Below are positions 50,722-60,740 of a DNA stretch of 64,000 nucleotides, piece after piece. Source of the DNA: an uncultured Planctomycetaceae bacterium (GTDB taxonomy: Bacteria; Planctomycetota; Planctomycetia; Planctomycetales; Planctomycetaceae); assembly GCA_963976765.1 (NCBI GenBank), contig CAXBME010000003.1:186001-250000 (forward strand), written 5' to 3'. Every line of letters starts with the position of its first letter. Position 1 is the stretch's first letter. The notes beneath the pieces were generated by a model. It had not been told where the DNA came from. It did no database searches and saw only the letters and a program-made list of their open reading frames with translations. The position numbers were made by a program, and so were the translations under genes.

Positions 50722-52395
50722 ATGCTGGAGCTGAGTCAGGCCCTCAAACGTCTGAACATCAAACGTCTCGTTCTTCAGATTCACGATCCTGCATTTCCGT
50801 CGGCGGCTGACGAGGATGTCGGGCGAGGCTCGCCGAATTCCAGCGGCGCTGCTGACTTCATCAGGTTTCTGCAGCAATTTGGCTTCAACGGAATACAGTT
50901 CGGACCGCAGGGGCAGACGGCAAGGTCGACTCCGTGTCCTTATGACGGACGCCTGTTTCCGCACGACTTCCGATCGGTCGCTCTGAAACCGCTGGTTGAA
51001 GATTCGTATTGGCGAGGGATTCTCGGACGGGAAACTCTGGACGGAATTGTTCACGCCAGGCCAGCAGGGACTTACCGAACGCATCATGAGTATGCCTGGG
51101 ACGAAGTCTCGGCAGCGCTGGATGAAGCGTTCGCCTGCTTTTGTGCCAGAGGTGAGTCGAAGGCCGAGGTCGATGTCGACTTTGCATCGTTCTGCGAAAG
51201 CAATAAATCCTGGCTGACAAAGAACCATCTCGGTGATGTTGACCAGAAGGCTGCTTTTCCCCAGTTCGTGCTGGATAGACAGCGTCAAGTCCTACGGGCA
51301 TCGTTTCCTGAGTTGAGTTTCTACGGCGATCTGCAGATTGGAATGTCGCGGGACGATGCACAGGAGTTTGCGTCGCTGTTTCACCCTGATTATCTGATGG
51401 GCGCGCCGCCGAGCCGGACGAATCCGGAGGGCCAACCCTGGGGCTACGCGGTTTTTCATCCTTCACAGATTGAGTCGGGCAACGCTCAGGCATTTCTGCG
51501 ACAGCGCGTGCAGCGGATGCTGTCGGGATTTGACGGCGTCCGCATTGATCATCCGCATGGCCTGGTTTGCCCGTGGGTTTACCGTCGCGATGTTCAGCCG
51601 CCTCATGTGGGAGTTCGATCGGGGTCGCGTCTCCACGAGTCGCCAGCGGTGGCCGGGCATCCTGAACTGGCAGGCTTTGCGATCGCGACAGCCGATCAGA
51701 TCGACAAATCCGGCGAGCCGTTCGGCGAAGCATGGGTGAATGATCTGACCGACGAACAGGTTAAGCGTTACTCGGTGCTGATCGACGTGGTGCTCGATTG
51801 TGTTTGCGAAGCCGGAGGCGACATGACGTCAGACGTTGCCTGCGAAGTGCTCAGCACGTTGCCATATCCGCTACGGCGGGTGATGGAGCATCACGGCCTC
51901 GGACGATTCCGCGTCGTGCAGAAAGCAAAGCTGGATACTCCGGAAGATGTTTACCGCATCGAGCAGGCCTGCCCCAACGACTGGATCATGATGGGCAATC
52001 ACGACACGCCTCCGATCTGGATGCTCGCTCGCGGCTGGTGTGACGGTCGGCGAGGTCACGATTGGGGCGAGTATCTGGCAGAGCGGCTGACGGTGGCTGA
52101 AACCGATCGTCCTGAGTTTGTACGGCGTCTGGCGTCAGATCCAGGCGAACTGGTGCATGCCCTGTTCGCGGCAATTCTGGCCAGCAATGCTCAGCATGTG
52201 TCGGTGTTCTTTACAGACCTGCTCGGAATGAGCGGGTTCTACAACAGTCCGGGAGTGGTCAACGACACGAACTGGACGCTTCGAGTGCCGCCGGACTTTT
52301 TGAGCCAGTACAAAAGTCGCTGCCAGAATGGTCAGGCGCTGGACGTTGCTCGTTGTGCGAGGGCTGCGGTTGAGGCGGTCGAACGTCGCGATTGA
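50722..52395 (+). CDS. malQ: 4-alpha-glucanotransferase (GH77, amylomaltase-like)
   Basis: YGDLQIG, MGAPP, GQPWG, FDGVRIDHPHG, GNHDT, NSPG...NWTLR. Confidence 0.82.
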   Translation: MLELSQALKRLNIKRLVLQIHDPAFPSAADEDVGRGSPNSSGAADFIRFLQQFGFNGIQFGPQGQTARSTPCPYDGRLFPHDFRSVALKPLVEDSYWRGILGRETLDGIVHARPAGTYRTHHEYAWDEVSAALDEAFACFCARGESKAEVDVDFASFCESNKSWLTKNHLGDVDQKAAFPQFVLDRQRQVLRASFPELSFYGDLQIGMSRDDAQEFASLFHPDYLMGAPPSRTNPEGQPWGYAVFHPSQIESGNAQAFLRQRVQRMLSGFDGVRIDHPHGLVCPWVYRRDVQPPHVGVRSGSRLHESPAVAGHPELAGFAIATADQIDKSGEPFGEAWVNDLTDEQVKRYSVLIDVVLDCVCEAGGDMTSDVACEVLSTLPYPLRRVMEHHGLGRFRVVQKAKLDTPEDVYRIEQACPNDWIMMGNHDTPPIWMLARGWCDGRRGHDWGEYLAERLTVAETDRPEFVRRLASDPGELVHALFAAILASNAQHVSVFFTDLLGMSGFYNSPGVVNDTNWTLRVPPDFLSQYKSRCQNGQALDVARCARAAVEAVERRD

Positions 52396-52482
52396 GAATT
52401 CCGGACAGGCACCGACGCTGCGTCAGTCATGCCCTGTCCCCTGCCCCGTGTCGCTGTGTGATCCTATCTATTGACCGACGAA

Positions 52483-53130
52483 TCACTGGCCGCGAGTCTT
52501 CTTCACCAGGGCGACGTACTGTTCGGCGAGCGAACTGATGCGGTTCATGTCTCCGGAAGCAACGGCCTGTTTCTCGACGAGGGCTGATCCCAGGCCCACC
52601 GCGCAAGCGCCGGCTTTGATGAAGCCGGGCAGTGTTTCCAGGTCGACTCCGCCGGTAGGCAGCAGACGAATCTGCGGAAGCGGGCCGTGGAGAGCTTTCA
52701 GGTGTGATGGTCCGCCGGTGTCGGCCGGAAAAACCTTGACGATGTCCGCGCCGGCTTCCCAGGCTGTCAGGACTTCGGTCGGAGTGAAGCCTCCGGGCAT
52801 GATGACCTTGCTGTAGCGATTGCACATTTTGATCACGTCGACGTTGACGGTCGGCGTGACGATGAATTCCGCTCCGGCAAGGATTGCGGCGCGAGCGGTT
52901 TCAGTATCGAGGACGGTTCCGGCACCGAGCAGAATTTTATCGCCCAGCTTTTTTCGGACCGCCGAGATGATGTCGAGCACGCCTGGCACGGTGAAGGTGA
53001 CTTCGATGACGTCGATGCCGCCTTCGTAAAGCGCGGTGGCGACGTCGACGAGTTGCTCGCCCGAGTCAGCTCGGATGATAGAGACGATGCCTGTGTCGAG
53101 AACACGTTGAAGGTCAGACTCGCGGCTCAT
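52483..53130 (-). CDS. eda: KDPG/KHG aldolase
   Basis: GGIDVIEVT, LGAGTVLD, GAEFIVTP, TPTEV, VKVFPA, LLPTGGV. Confidence 0.93.
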   Translation of the reverse strand: MSRESDLQRVLDTGIVSIIRADSGEQLVDVATALYEGGIDVIEVTFTVPGVLDIISAVRKKLGDKILLGAGTVLDTETARAAILAGAEFIVTPTVNVDVIKMCNRYSKVIMPGGFTPTEVLTAWEAGADIVKVFPADTGGPSHLKALHGPLPQIRLLPTGGVDLETLPGFIKAGACAVGLGSALVEKQAVASGDMNRISSLAEQYVALVKKTRGQ

Positions 53131-53184
53131 GGTTCGGGGCTTTTCAAGGCTGAAGGCTGAAACGACTCTGTTGCAACAACGTGG

Positions 53185-53670
53185 TCAGGTGGTGGATGAG
53201 AATTGCTCGGCAAATTCCAGAACCCACAGGTCAATGACTTCTTTATAGCGGGCTTCGTCGAACTCAGCGAGAAACTGGTAGTGGCTGCGGTTAAGCAGCT
53301 CTTTGTTTCGGATGGCGCCTTTGGCCACCACTTCGACAATCTTTGCTTTTTTCGAGTAGGGGCGGACCAGAACCTGAAAGCGGCTGTACTGGTTGGCTCG
53401 GCTGCCTCGGCCAAGGCTCACATCGTCGCGGCTGATGCGGGCTCCCCAGCCGTCTTCTTCAACCACGGTTTCAAAGCGGAATCCGGGGAAGTGGTCGGCC
53501 AGCTTGCGAAGCAGAGTCTCGGCGTGGTCGGAGAGATTCAGGCGGGCTGACGAGTGCAGATTTCGCAGCTCTTCTTCTGACAGCGTTTTCTGTTCTTCGG
53601 CCTTCGCACGGGCTTCCCGGGACTGTTGCCCCCGTTCGATTGCCTGTTCCAGCCGGTCCTCGAAATCCAT
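53185..53670 (-). CDS. Hypothetical protein
   Basis: 161-aa ORF with protein-like composition, co-oriented with eda; no family recognised. Confidence 0.75.
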   Translation of the reverse strand: MDFEDRLEQAIERGQQSREARAKAEEQKTLSEEELRNLHSSARLNLSDHAETLLRKLADHFPGFRFETVVEEDGWGARISRDDVSLGRGSRANQYSRFQVLVRPYSKKAKIVEVVAKGAIRNKELLNRSHYQFLAEFDEARYKEVIDLWVLEFAEQFSSTT

Positions 53671-53810
53671 ATCTCATCCCCGATTGATCGTCGACAACTC
53701 CCGGATTTGCGGGTTTTGCGATGCGACATTTGCTCAGACCTACAGTCGAGCGGGGAGTCTAGTTGAGTCGATTCGTCGATGCCACAGGCGACGGGCCAGC
53801 GGAAATGGGA

Positions 53811-53963
53811 CTACAGAGTTTTCATTGGGTCTGATTTCAACAGCCACGCCCCGAGAGCCAGGGCGGCGATCAGCAGACAAAGGTACTCGTTCAGGCCAAT
53901 CCCGTCCCACCAACCGACGACACCCTCGCAGTAATAGTTCAAGTGGTAATTGATGCTTTTCAT
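53811..53963 (-). CDS. Small (50 aa) single-TM protein missing from the ORF track
   Basis: Manual translation: MKSINYHLNYYCEGVVGWWDGIGLNEYLCLLIAALALGAWLLKSDPMKTL*. Confidence 0.55.
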   Translation of the reverse strand: MKSINYHLNYYCEGVVGWWDGIGLNEYLCLLIAALALGAWLLKSDPMKTL

Positions 53964-54384
53964 GGCAGATTTGTACATGGCCGACGCCTCGCGGTATGAA
54001 CCGGGATTATCGATGAGGATTTCCCAACACTTGAGACTAGTTCATGACAGGCCGTGAGCGGTGCTTCCGAGAAGCGTTTGTCCGAACTTCGAGCGACAGG
54101 TGATGCGGGCTGAGCACAATTGAGAGCCCAATCGGTCGCTAATGAATGCCGCGTCACTCAGTTGGCAGGAACAGGTCCATCGCCGTTCCGCTCAATCCAA
54201 CTCACGGAAGATGCACACCCTCGTTACTGGATCGTAGCCTGCGAATTTTCCAACGGCTTTTCGCGGCAGGCTCTGATCGGGTCAAGTTGCAGGCCAACGT
54301 ACGTTTGCGACTTTGCCGGCCGAACGACTAGAAACCGGCCTTACAGGGACGGCAGTGGGAACTCTCGGGAGCGAAGTTGAGACA

Positions 54385-54846
54385 TTGATTGATCGTCTGA
54401 TTTCAGGTGGACAGACCGGGGTTGACCGGGCAGCTTTGGCGGTTGCTCTGGAACTGGGAGTTCCGTGCGGCGGCTGGTGTCCTCGCGGTCGCCGAGCTGA
54501 GGACGGCCGGATCCCGTCCAGGTTTCCCCTGAAAGAGTGCACGTCGAAGAATTACGCCGTTCGAACCCGGATGAACGTCGAAGAGTCCGACGGAACGTTG
54601 ATTCTTACTCGCGGAAAACTGACCGGCGGGACCGCTTTGACGGAGTCAATCGCCCGGCAGCTCGGAAAACCCTGGCTTGTTATCGATCTTGTGGCGGAAT
54701 TCGACGTCCAGCCGGTTGAGGATTGGATCGCTGAAAATAGAATCCGCATTCTCAACGTCGCCGGGCCGCGAGAATCGCAACAGGTGGGCATTTTCGAGCA
54801 GGCCTGTGAGTATCTTCGAATCTTTATCAATTCTACGGCGGATTAA
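54385..54846 (+). CDS. SLOG-family putative molybdenum-carrier/YpsA-like protein
   Basis: [54 protein letters not shown]. Start approximate. Confidence 0.88.
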   Translation: MIDRLISGGQTGVDRAALAVALELGVPCGGWCPRGRRAEDGRIPSRFPLKECTSKNYAVRTRMNVEESDGTLILTRGKLTGGTALTESIARQLGKPWLVIDLVAEFDVQPVEDWIAENRIRILNVAGPRESQQVGIFEQACEYLRIFINSTAD

Positions 54847-54869
54847 GCCCGCATCGGAAAGTCGCTGTC

Positions 54870-56540
54870 ATGTCTGACAATTACATTATGACGATCGAGA
54901 ATCTCACTCGGTTTTACGATGAGAAAGTGATTCTCAGTGAGATCTGGCTGTCATTTTATCCAGGGGCAAAGATCGGCGTGCTGGGCAACAACGGCGCCGG
55001 GAAGAGCACGCTGCTGCGGATTATGGCCGGTGAGGACAAAGAGTACGAAGGCGAAGTTCGTCCGGCGAAGGGAATCAAGATTGGATACTTCCCTCAAGAG
55101 CCGCGACTGGATCCCGAGAAGACCGTCGACGAGTGCATCGAAGAGGGAGTCGCCGAGTCACGCGCCATTCTTGACCGCTACAACGAACTCAACATGAAGC
55201 TGTGCGAAGAGCTGTCTCCAGAAGAAATGGAGAAGGTGCTTGAGGAGCAGGCAACGGTTCAGGACAGGATTGACGCCTTGAACCTGTGGGAGCTGGACCG
55301 GACGGTTGAGATTGCCGCAGACGCGGTGCGGGTTCCGCCAGGCGACGCCATTATTGGCAGCCTTTCCGGTGGGGAGAAACGCCGAGTCGCGCTGTGCCAG
55401 CTGCTTCTGCAGAATCCCGACGTCCTGCTGCTGGATGAGCCGACGAACCATCTCGATGCCGAGTCCGTCGGCTGGCTCGAGCAGTACCTTGGGAATTTCC
55501 CGGGCACGGTCGTCGCCATCACTCACGATCGTTACTTCCTCGACAATGTTGCGGGCTGGATCCTGGAACTCGAACGCGGCAAGGGAATTCCGTACGAAGG
55601 GAATTACTCGTCGTGGCTTGAGCAGAAGCACAAAAGAATGGCTCTGGAAGAACGACGCGAGTCGGCTCGGCAGAGAGAACTGGCTCGTGAACTCGAGTGG
55701 GTCCGGATGAGCCCCAAAGCCCGCGCGACAAAGAATAAAGCGCGTATGCAGCGTTACGAAGAGCTGGCTCAGCAGCAGTACGATGCACGCGACGGTGCCG
55801 CACAGATTCAAATTCCGACCAGTCAAACGCTCGGCGATGTGGTCGTGCGGGCCGCGAATCTATGCAAGTCATTCGGCGACACGATGGTCTTCGAAAATAT
55901 GAATTTTGATCTGCCGAAGGGCGGTATCGTCGGCGTCATTGGCCCGAACGGAGCCGGGAAGACGACGCTGTTCCGCATGATCATGGGGTTGGAAGAGCCA
56001 ACCAGCGGATCGATGCGGATTGGCGAACGCGTCATGCTTTCATACGTCGATCAGTCACGAGATTCTCTGGACCCGAACAAGACCGTCTACCAGGAAATTT
56101 CCGGCGGTCGCGATCACATCGAAATCGGAAAAACTGAGATCCACGCTCGTTCTTATTGTGGACGCTTCAACTTCAAAAAGTCTGATCAGCAGAAGCTTGT
56201 TTCCCAGCTTTCTGGTGGAGAACGCAACCGGGTTCACATGGCGAAGCTGCTGCGTTCTGGTGGCAACGTTCTGCTGCTCGACGAACCGACGAACGACCTC
56301 GACGTCGACACGCTGCGAGCGTTGGAAGAAGGCTTGCAGGACTTCGGTGGCTGTGCGGTTGTCGTCAGCCACGACCGCTGGTTCCTCGACCGAATCGCGA
56401 CGCACATTCTGGCATTCGAAGGCAACGGCCAGGCGTACTGGTTCGAAGGCAACTATGAAATGTACGAAGCCAATCGAAAGCAGCGTCTCGGCGAAGACGC
56501 CGACCGACCACGCGGTCGGCACAAGCCGCTGAATCGATAA
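54870..56540 (+). CDS. ettA: Energy-dependent translational throttle ABC-F ATPase
   Basis: [28 protein letters not shown], two ABC cassettes, [12 protein letters not shown] linker, no TM helices. Confidence 0.96.
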   Translation: MSDNYIMTIENLTRFYDEKVILSEIWLSFYPGAKIGVLGNNGAGKSTLLRIMAGEDKEYEGEVRPAKGIKIGYFPQEPRLDPEKTVDECIEEGVAESRAILDRYNELNMKLCEELSPEEMEKVLEEQATVQDRIDALNLWELDRTVEIAADAVRVPPGDAIIGSLSGGEKRRVALCQLLLQNPDVLLLDEPTNHLDAESVGWLEQYLGNFPGTVVAITHDRYFLDNVAGWILELERGKGIPYEGNYSSWLEQKHKRMALEERRESARQRELARELEWVRMSPKARATKNKARMQRYEELAQQQYDARDGAAQIQIPTSQTLGDVVVRAANLCKSFGDTMVFENMNFDLPKGGIVGVIGPNGAGKTTLFRMIMGLEEPTSGSMRIGERVMLSYVDQSRDSLDPNKTVYQEISGGRDHIEIGKTEIHARSYCGRFNFKKSDQQKLVSQLSGGERNRVHMAKLLRSGGNVLLLDEPTNDLDVDTLRALEEGLQDFGGCAVVVSHDRWFLDRIATHILAFEGNGQAYWFEGNYEMYEANRKQRLGEDADRPRGRHKPLNR

Positions 56541-56561
56541 TCAAACGGATGGCAATTGTTG

Positions 56562-56625
56562 GCAGAGTGCGACTTGACGAACCGCAGCTTCGAGTCCGCA
56601 GGGTGCGTCAAAACGCACCCTGCGG
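56562..56625. repeat. REP-like doublet (second copy); right unit forms a strong hairpin between convergent genes
   Basis: GCAGAGTGCGACTTGACGAACC matches 676-697 at 20/22 nt; CCGCAGGGTGCGT-caaa-ACGCACCCTGCGG perfect 13-bp stem at 56596-56625. Confidence 0.72.
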
Positions 56626-56653
56626 TGTTTCAAAGCAGACTTCAGGGCTTTGA

Positions 56654-57751
56654 TTATTCTGCTGGCTTGAGCAGCGAGAGCGGTACGGTCTTTTGCAGGA
56701 CGACATCGCCGACTTCGTCCTGGACCCGCAATCGAATCAGCGGGTCGGGTTTTGACCAGTCGATGGTGACCATGCCGAAGTTGGTGTCGAAATAGGTCAG
56801 CCCGATGCGGTACGAATTGATTTCTTTGGCGAAGCGGGTGCCGGCTTTTGTCATGTTGCCGCTGGGAGCGTTCAGACTGCTCGATGTGGCTTCGAAAATT
56901 GGATACGAATTGCCTGAGCGGGCTGAGTCGATCTCCATGATTTCGGCGAGGTGCCGGTCGCCGCTGATCAGCACAACACCGTTGGCTCTGGTATCTCGAA
57001 TCAGGTGGAACAATCGAGTTCGCTCGTGCGGAAAGTTACCCCATTTCTCGGAGCCGTGTTCGTCGGGCAGGACCTGAATGCTCGACGCGATGATGCGAAT
57101 CTCAGCCGGTTTGCGAAGCTCGGCTTCGAGCCACTTCCACTGAGTCTCGCCGAGCATCGTCGTCGACGTATCGGTCGTTGGTTTGTAATGCCCACGGAAA
57201 CCTTCGTTCCGCTCGCTGGGCACGTACCCGCGAGTCAGCGGACTACGGAAGTACCGAGTGTCCAGCAGAATAATCTGCACTCGTTTTCCCACCGGACCGA
57301 ACATGTGTGATGACTGGACGCCTTCCTGCTTTCGCAACGGCGAATCTTTGGCAACTCCGAAAAAGTCGAGGAACAGTTGCTGCGACTCGCGTTTCTTTGG
57401 GTATTCAACGCCAGCGTCGTTGGCTCCGTAGTCGTGGTCGTCCCACGTGGCGAGCATCGGACAGTGATTGCGTAGTTTCTGAAATCCCGGCTGGGCGCCG
57501 AGTTGCAGGTATTTCTCCCAGAGTACGCCCATATCTTCGGTGTCGCCGTAAATGTTGTCGCCAATCATCAGGAACAACTGAGGATCGGTCTTCACGATGG
57601 CGTCCATGATCGGCATCGGCTGATTCTGTTTCGCGCAGGAGCCAAACGAAATCCGGCTCAATGGTTGATCGTCAGCCGAGGTTGAGCGAGCAGTGAGCGC
57701 CAGTTGTCCGATTGCCAGAGCAATGCTCAAAACGAGAGATAGACGATTCAT
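56654..57751 (-). CDS. Alkaline phosphatase D family protein
   Basis: ISFGSC, GDNIYGD, WDDHDY, LLDTRYFR, MLGETQWKWL, ISGDRH; signal peptide. Confidence 0.93.
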   Translation of the reverse strand: MNRLSLVLSIALAIGQLALTARSTSADDQPLSRISFGSCAKQNQPMPIMDAIVKTDPQLFLMIGDNIYGDTEDMGVLWEKYLQLGAQPGFQKLRNHCPMLATWDDHDYGANDAGVEYPKKRESQQLFLDFFGVAKDSPLRKQEGVQSSHMFGPVGKRVQIILLDTRYFRSPLTRGYVPSERNEGFRGHYKPTTDTSTTMLGETQWKWLEAELRKPAEIRIIASSIQVLPDEHGSEKWGNFPHERTRLFHLIRDTRANGVVLISGDRHLAEIMEIDSARSGNSYPIFEATSSSLNAPSGNMTKAGTRFAKEINSYRIGLTYFDTNFGMVTIDWSKPDPLIRLRVQDEVGDVVLQKTVPLSLLKPAE

Positions 57752-57977
57752 GGGAGAGTCCTTCGAGGATGGAAAGCTGGTTGAGGCGGGGCGGAACGCT
57801 GTCGGCGGAATGAGAGTCTGGCCTCACAAAGCGGCGATCGCAATCGCATCAACTCCGATGGATCATTCGCTCGCAGATGCGAGGCGGGGTCTGATAGGAT
57901 TCCTGTTCGCACGAGCCGTGCGGTTTTCGAATTAACCCGCCTGAATTCCCAATCGATCTCACCCTGGAGAGTTCCCA

Positions 57978-59321
57978 ATGTCTGAACCGTCTAACAATCA
58001 TTCGACCAGTGCTCCAGCGACTGACGAAAGTCGACGTTCGTTTCTGAAGTCAGGGACCGCTGCTCTGGCAGGTGGAGTTGCGGCGTCAAATCTAGCGGCA
58101 CTGACACCGTCCGTTCATGCGGCAGGTTCGGACATCCTGAAAATCGGCCTGGTCGGTGCCGGTGGCCGTGGAACCGGAGCAGCCAGCCAGGCTCTGCATG
58201 CCGATCCAAAGACAGAGCTGGTTGCAGTTGCCGATGCTTTTGCTGAACGAGCGGTTGCCAGCATTGGCCGCCTGAAAGCTGACAAGTCGATCAGTGATCG
58301 AATCAACGTCGCGGACGATCAGGTGTTCGGCGGGCTGAACGGGTACAAGCAGGTTATTGAAGCATCGGATGTCGTGCTGCTCGCTACCCCTCCGGGGTTT
58401 CGTCCGATGCAGTTCCGAGCCGCAGTCGAAGCCGGCAAGCACGTTTTCACCGAAAAGCCGATGGCGACGGACCCGGTCGGAGTGCAGTCAGTTTTAGAGT
58501 CGGTCGCTATTTCGAAGGAAAAGAATCTCGCCGTACTGGCCGGGTTCTGCTGGCGATATGAGTTCCAGAAGAAAGCATTGTTCGAACGCGTCCTTGATGG
58601 CGAAATCGGCGACGTTCGAGCGGTTTACGGCACGTACCTGACGTCGCCCGTGAAGCCGATGCCTTCTGCAAGTACTCGCCCGGAAGGCATGTCGGACATC
58701 GAGTGGATGGTTCGCAACTGGTACAACTTCACGTGGCTCTCGGGAGATGGTCTGGTCGAACAGGCATGCCACACGGTTGACTGGCTGGCCTGGGCGATGG
58801 GCGATCGTCCTCCGGCGAGTGTAACGGCGGTCGGTGGTCGACAGCTTCCTGCCGAAGGCGGCAACATTTTCGACCACATCGAGCTGAACTTCGTGTGGGA
58901 AAACGACGCCCGCGGGTTTATTGCTCAGCGACAGATTCCCGGCTGCTACAACGAGAACCTCTGCACGATTCTCGGCACGGAGGGTACGGCGAAAATCGAA
59001 CGTCGAGGCAGTACGATCTCTGATCTGAAGGGCAATCAAACCTGGAAGTACGACGGTCCGAAAAAAGATATGTACCAGCAGGAGCACGACGAATTCTTTG
59101 CATCGATCCGTTCCGGCAACCACATCAACGATGGCGACCGTATGGTCAACAGCACGATGATGGCCATCATGGGCCGCATGGCCGGGTACACCGGCAAGGA
59201 AGTCACCTGGGAGATGGCCATGAATTCAAAATTGGCGCTCGTCCCGGACGTGTCCAAAGGCTGGGACAGCCCTGTTGAATTTGTACCGACGGCGCTGCCC
59301 GGCGTGACGAAATTTGTTTGA
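57978..59321 (+). CDS. Gfo/Idh/MocA oxidoreductase with a Tat signal
   Basis: SRRSFLK twin-arginine motif; IGLVGAGGRG; GKHVFTEKP; RNWYNFTWLSGD. Confidence 0.93.
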   Translation: MSEPSNNHSTSAPATDESRRSFLKSGTAALAGGVAASNLAALTPSVHAAGSDILKIGLVGAGGRGTGAASQALHADPKTELVAVADAFAERAVASIGRLKADKSISDRINVADDQVFGGLNGYKQVIEASDVVLLATPPGFRPMQFRAAVEAGKHVFTEKPMATDPVGVQSVLESVAISKEKNLAVLAGFCWRYEFQKKALFERVLDGEIGDVRAVYGTYLTSPVKPMPSASTRPEGMSDIEWMVRNWYNFTWLSGDGLVEQACHTVDWLAWAMGDRPPASVTAVGGRQLPAEGGNIFDHIELNFVWENDARGFIAQRQIPGCYNENLCTILGTEGTAKIERRGSTISDLKGNQTWKYDGPKKDMYQQEHDEFFASIRSGNHINDGDRMVNSTMMAIMGRMAGYTGKEVTWEMAMNSKLALVPDVSKGWDSPVEFVPTALPGVTKFV

Positions 59322-59352
59322 CCGCCTGACACCGACGTTCTGATGTTTCCAT

Positions 59353-59390
59353 CTGCCCCGGTTGCCATCTGGCGATCGGGGCAGTTTTAT
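59353..59390 (+). terminator. Rho-independent terminator
   Basis: CTGCCCCGGTTGCCA/TGGCGATCGGGGCAG stem (with G-U pairs) followed by TTTTAT. Confidence 0.7.
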
Positions 59391-59516
59391 TGGACCGTGT
59401 CGTTTGATGGCTCGGGCAACTAAAGTTCCCCTCTGTGATTGATCGCGAGCCACTGGACCTGATCACACGATTCAGATTCGACTTACTTGAAACTCATCGA
59501 AATCGGAAATGAAAAG

Positions 59517-60494
59517 ATGCCACGAATTCTTGTGACGCCTGCTGTGTTTAAGGATGGCACCGGTCCCTGGCGAGAGGTACTGGATGCGGCGGGATTTGAA
59601 GTCGTCATTCCGCCTGTGAACTGCATGCAGATCAGTTCGGAAGAGTTCCTGACGCACCTCAACGGGATCGACGGAACGATCGCCGGTATCGAGCAATACA
59701 ATCCTCAGGTGTTCGCCGGTTCGAATCTGAAAGTCGTGGCGAGGATCGGTGTCGGATTTGACCAGGTGGACCTGAAATCGGCGACGGAGCACGCTGTTGC
59801 CGTCACAATCACACCGGGCACGAACGAGCATTCGGTGGCCGAGCAGGCGATCGCTCTGATCACCGCGGTGTTCCGTGACACCGCTCGGCGGGATCGGGAA
59901 ATCCGTGATGGGCAGTGGCGACGCAACAGCCCTCGACGTCTGGCAGGAAACACAATCGGCTTGCTTGGCCTTGGTCGAATCGGACGCGCGATGATCCCTC
60001 GCTGCCAGGGACTTGGGTTGGACGTCATCGGCTACGACCCGTTCGCAAAACCGGAAATGGCCGACGAACTGGGCATCAAACTGGGCACATTCGACGAGGT
60101 GATCTCGAAGTCAGATATCGTCAGCCTGCACATGCCCTGCACGGCAGAGACCACCAACCTGATGAATGCCGAAACGTTTTCAAAGATGAAACAGGGTTCC
60201 GTTCTGATCAACACCGCTCGCGGCGGACTGGTCGACGAGGTCGCTCTGGTCGCGGCCTTGACGGACGGACCTTTGTTCGGAGCCGGCCTTGACGTCTGCA
60301 AGAAGGAACCGCTCCCTGCCGACAGCCCACTGCGAGAACACGGCAACATCGTCTTCTCTCCCCACCTGGGAGGCATCGATCAGACGGCGCTCGACGCAAT
60401 GGGCAAAATGGCCGCCGAATGCGTTGTCGACATCCTGAGCGGTCGCTGGCCGGAAGCGTGCGTAGTGAACCCCGAAGTCAAAGCTGCTGAATAG
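59517..60494 (+). CDS. D-isomer-specific 2-hydroxyacid dehydrogenase (phosphoglycerate dehydrogenase-like)
   Basis: ARIGVGFD, SVAE, GLLGLGRIG, DIVSLHMP, LINTARGGLVDE, GLDV...EP, SPHLG. Confidence 0.93.
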   Translation: MPRILVTPAVFKDGTGPWREVLDAAGFEVVIPPVNCMQISSEEFLTHLNGIDGTIAGIEQYNPQVFAGSNLKVVARIGVGFDQVDLKSATEHAVAVTITPGTNEHSVAEQAIALITAVFRDTARRDREIRDGQWRRNSPRRLAGNTIGLLGLGRIGRAMIPRCQGLGLDVIGYDPFAKPEMADELGIKLGTFDEVISKSDIVSLHMPCTAETTNLMNAETFSKMKQGSVLINTARGGLVDEVALVAALTDGPLFGAGLDVCKKEPLPADSPLREHGNIVFSPHLGGIDQTALDAMGKMAAECVVDILSGRWPEACVVNPEVKAAE

Positions 60495-60740
60495 AGCGGC
60501 TATGAGTGAAACGTAGTGGTTTTGGTAACCCGACGCGTGAGCGAGTGAGCTCGCGTTCGCACATTGATTACCAGAATCCCTCTCGGGGGCCACAGCCAGT
60601 ATGGCTGTGGCGTGAAGCGACAAGACGCCTCATCAGACGGAAACGACTCAGACCGAAGCTCTTGATCGTCATAAAACGCTGAGGACGATCCATCCTGCGT
60701 CTTCGGCCCCAACCGCAAGTAGTTGTGCCACCCTGCCGTA

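Noticed and set aside
54385..54846. SLOG protein as part of a nucleotide-signalling defence system
   Set aside because: Stand-alone gene next to ettA with no effector, TIR or sirtuin partner.
60526..60571. GTAACCCGACGCGTGAGCGAG, a possible further REP-type half element
   Set aside because: Only one arm is recognisable and there is no second copy in the window.
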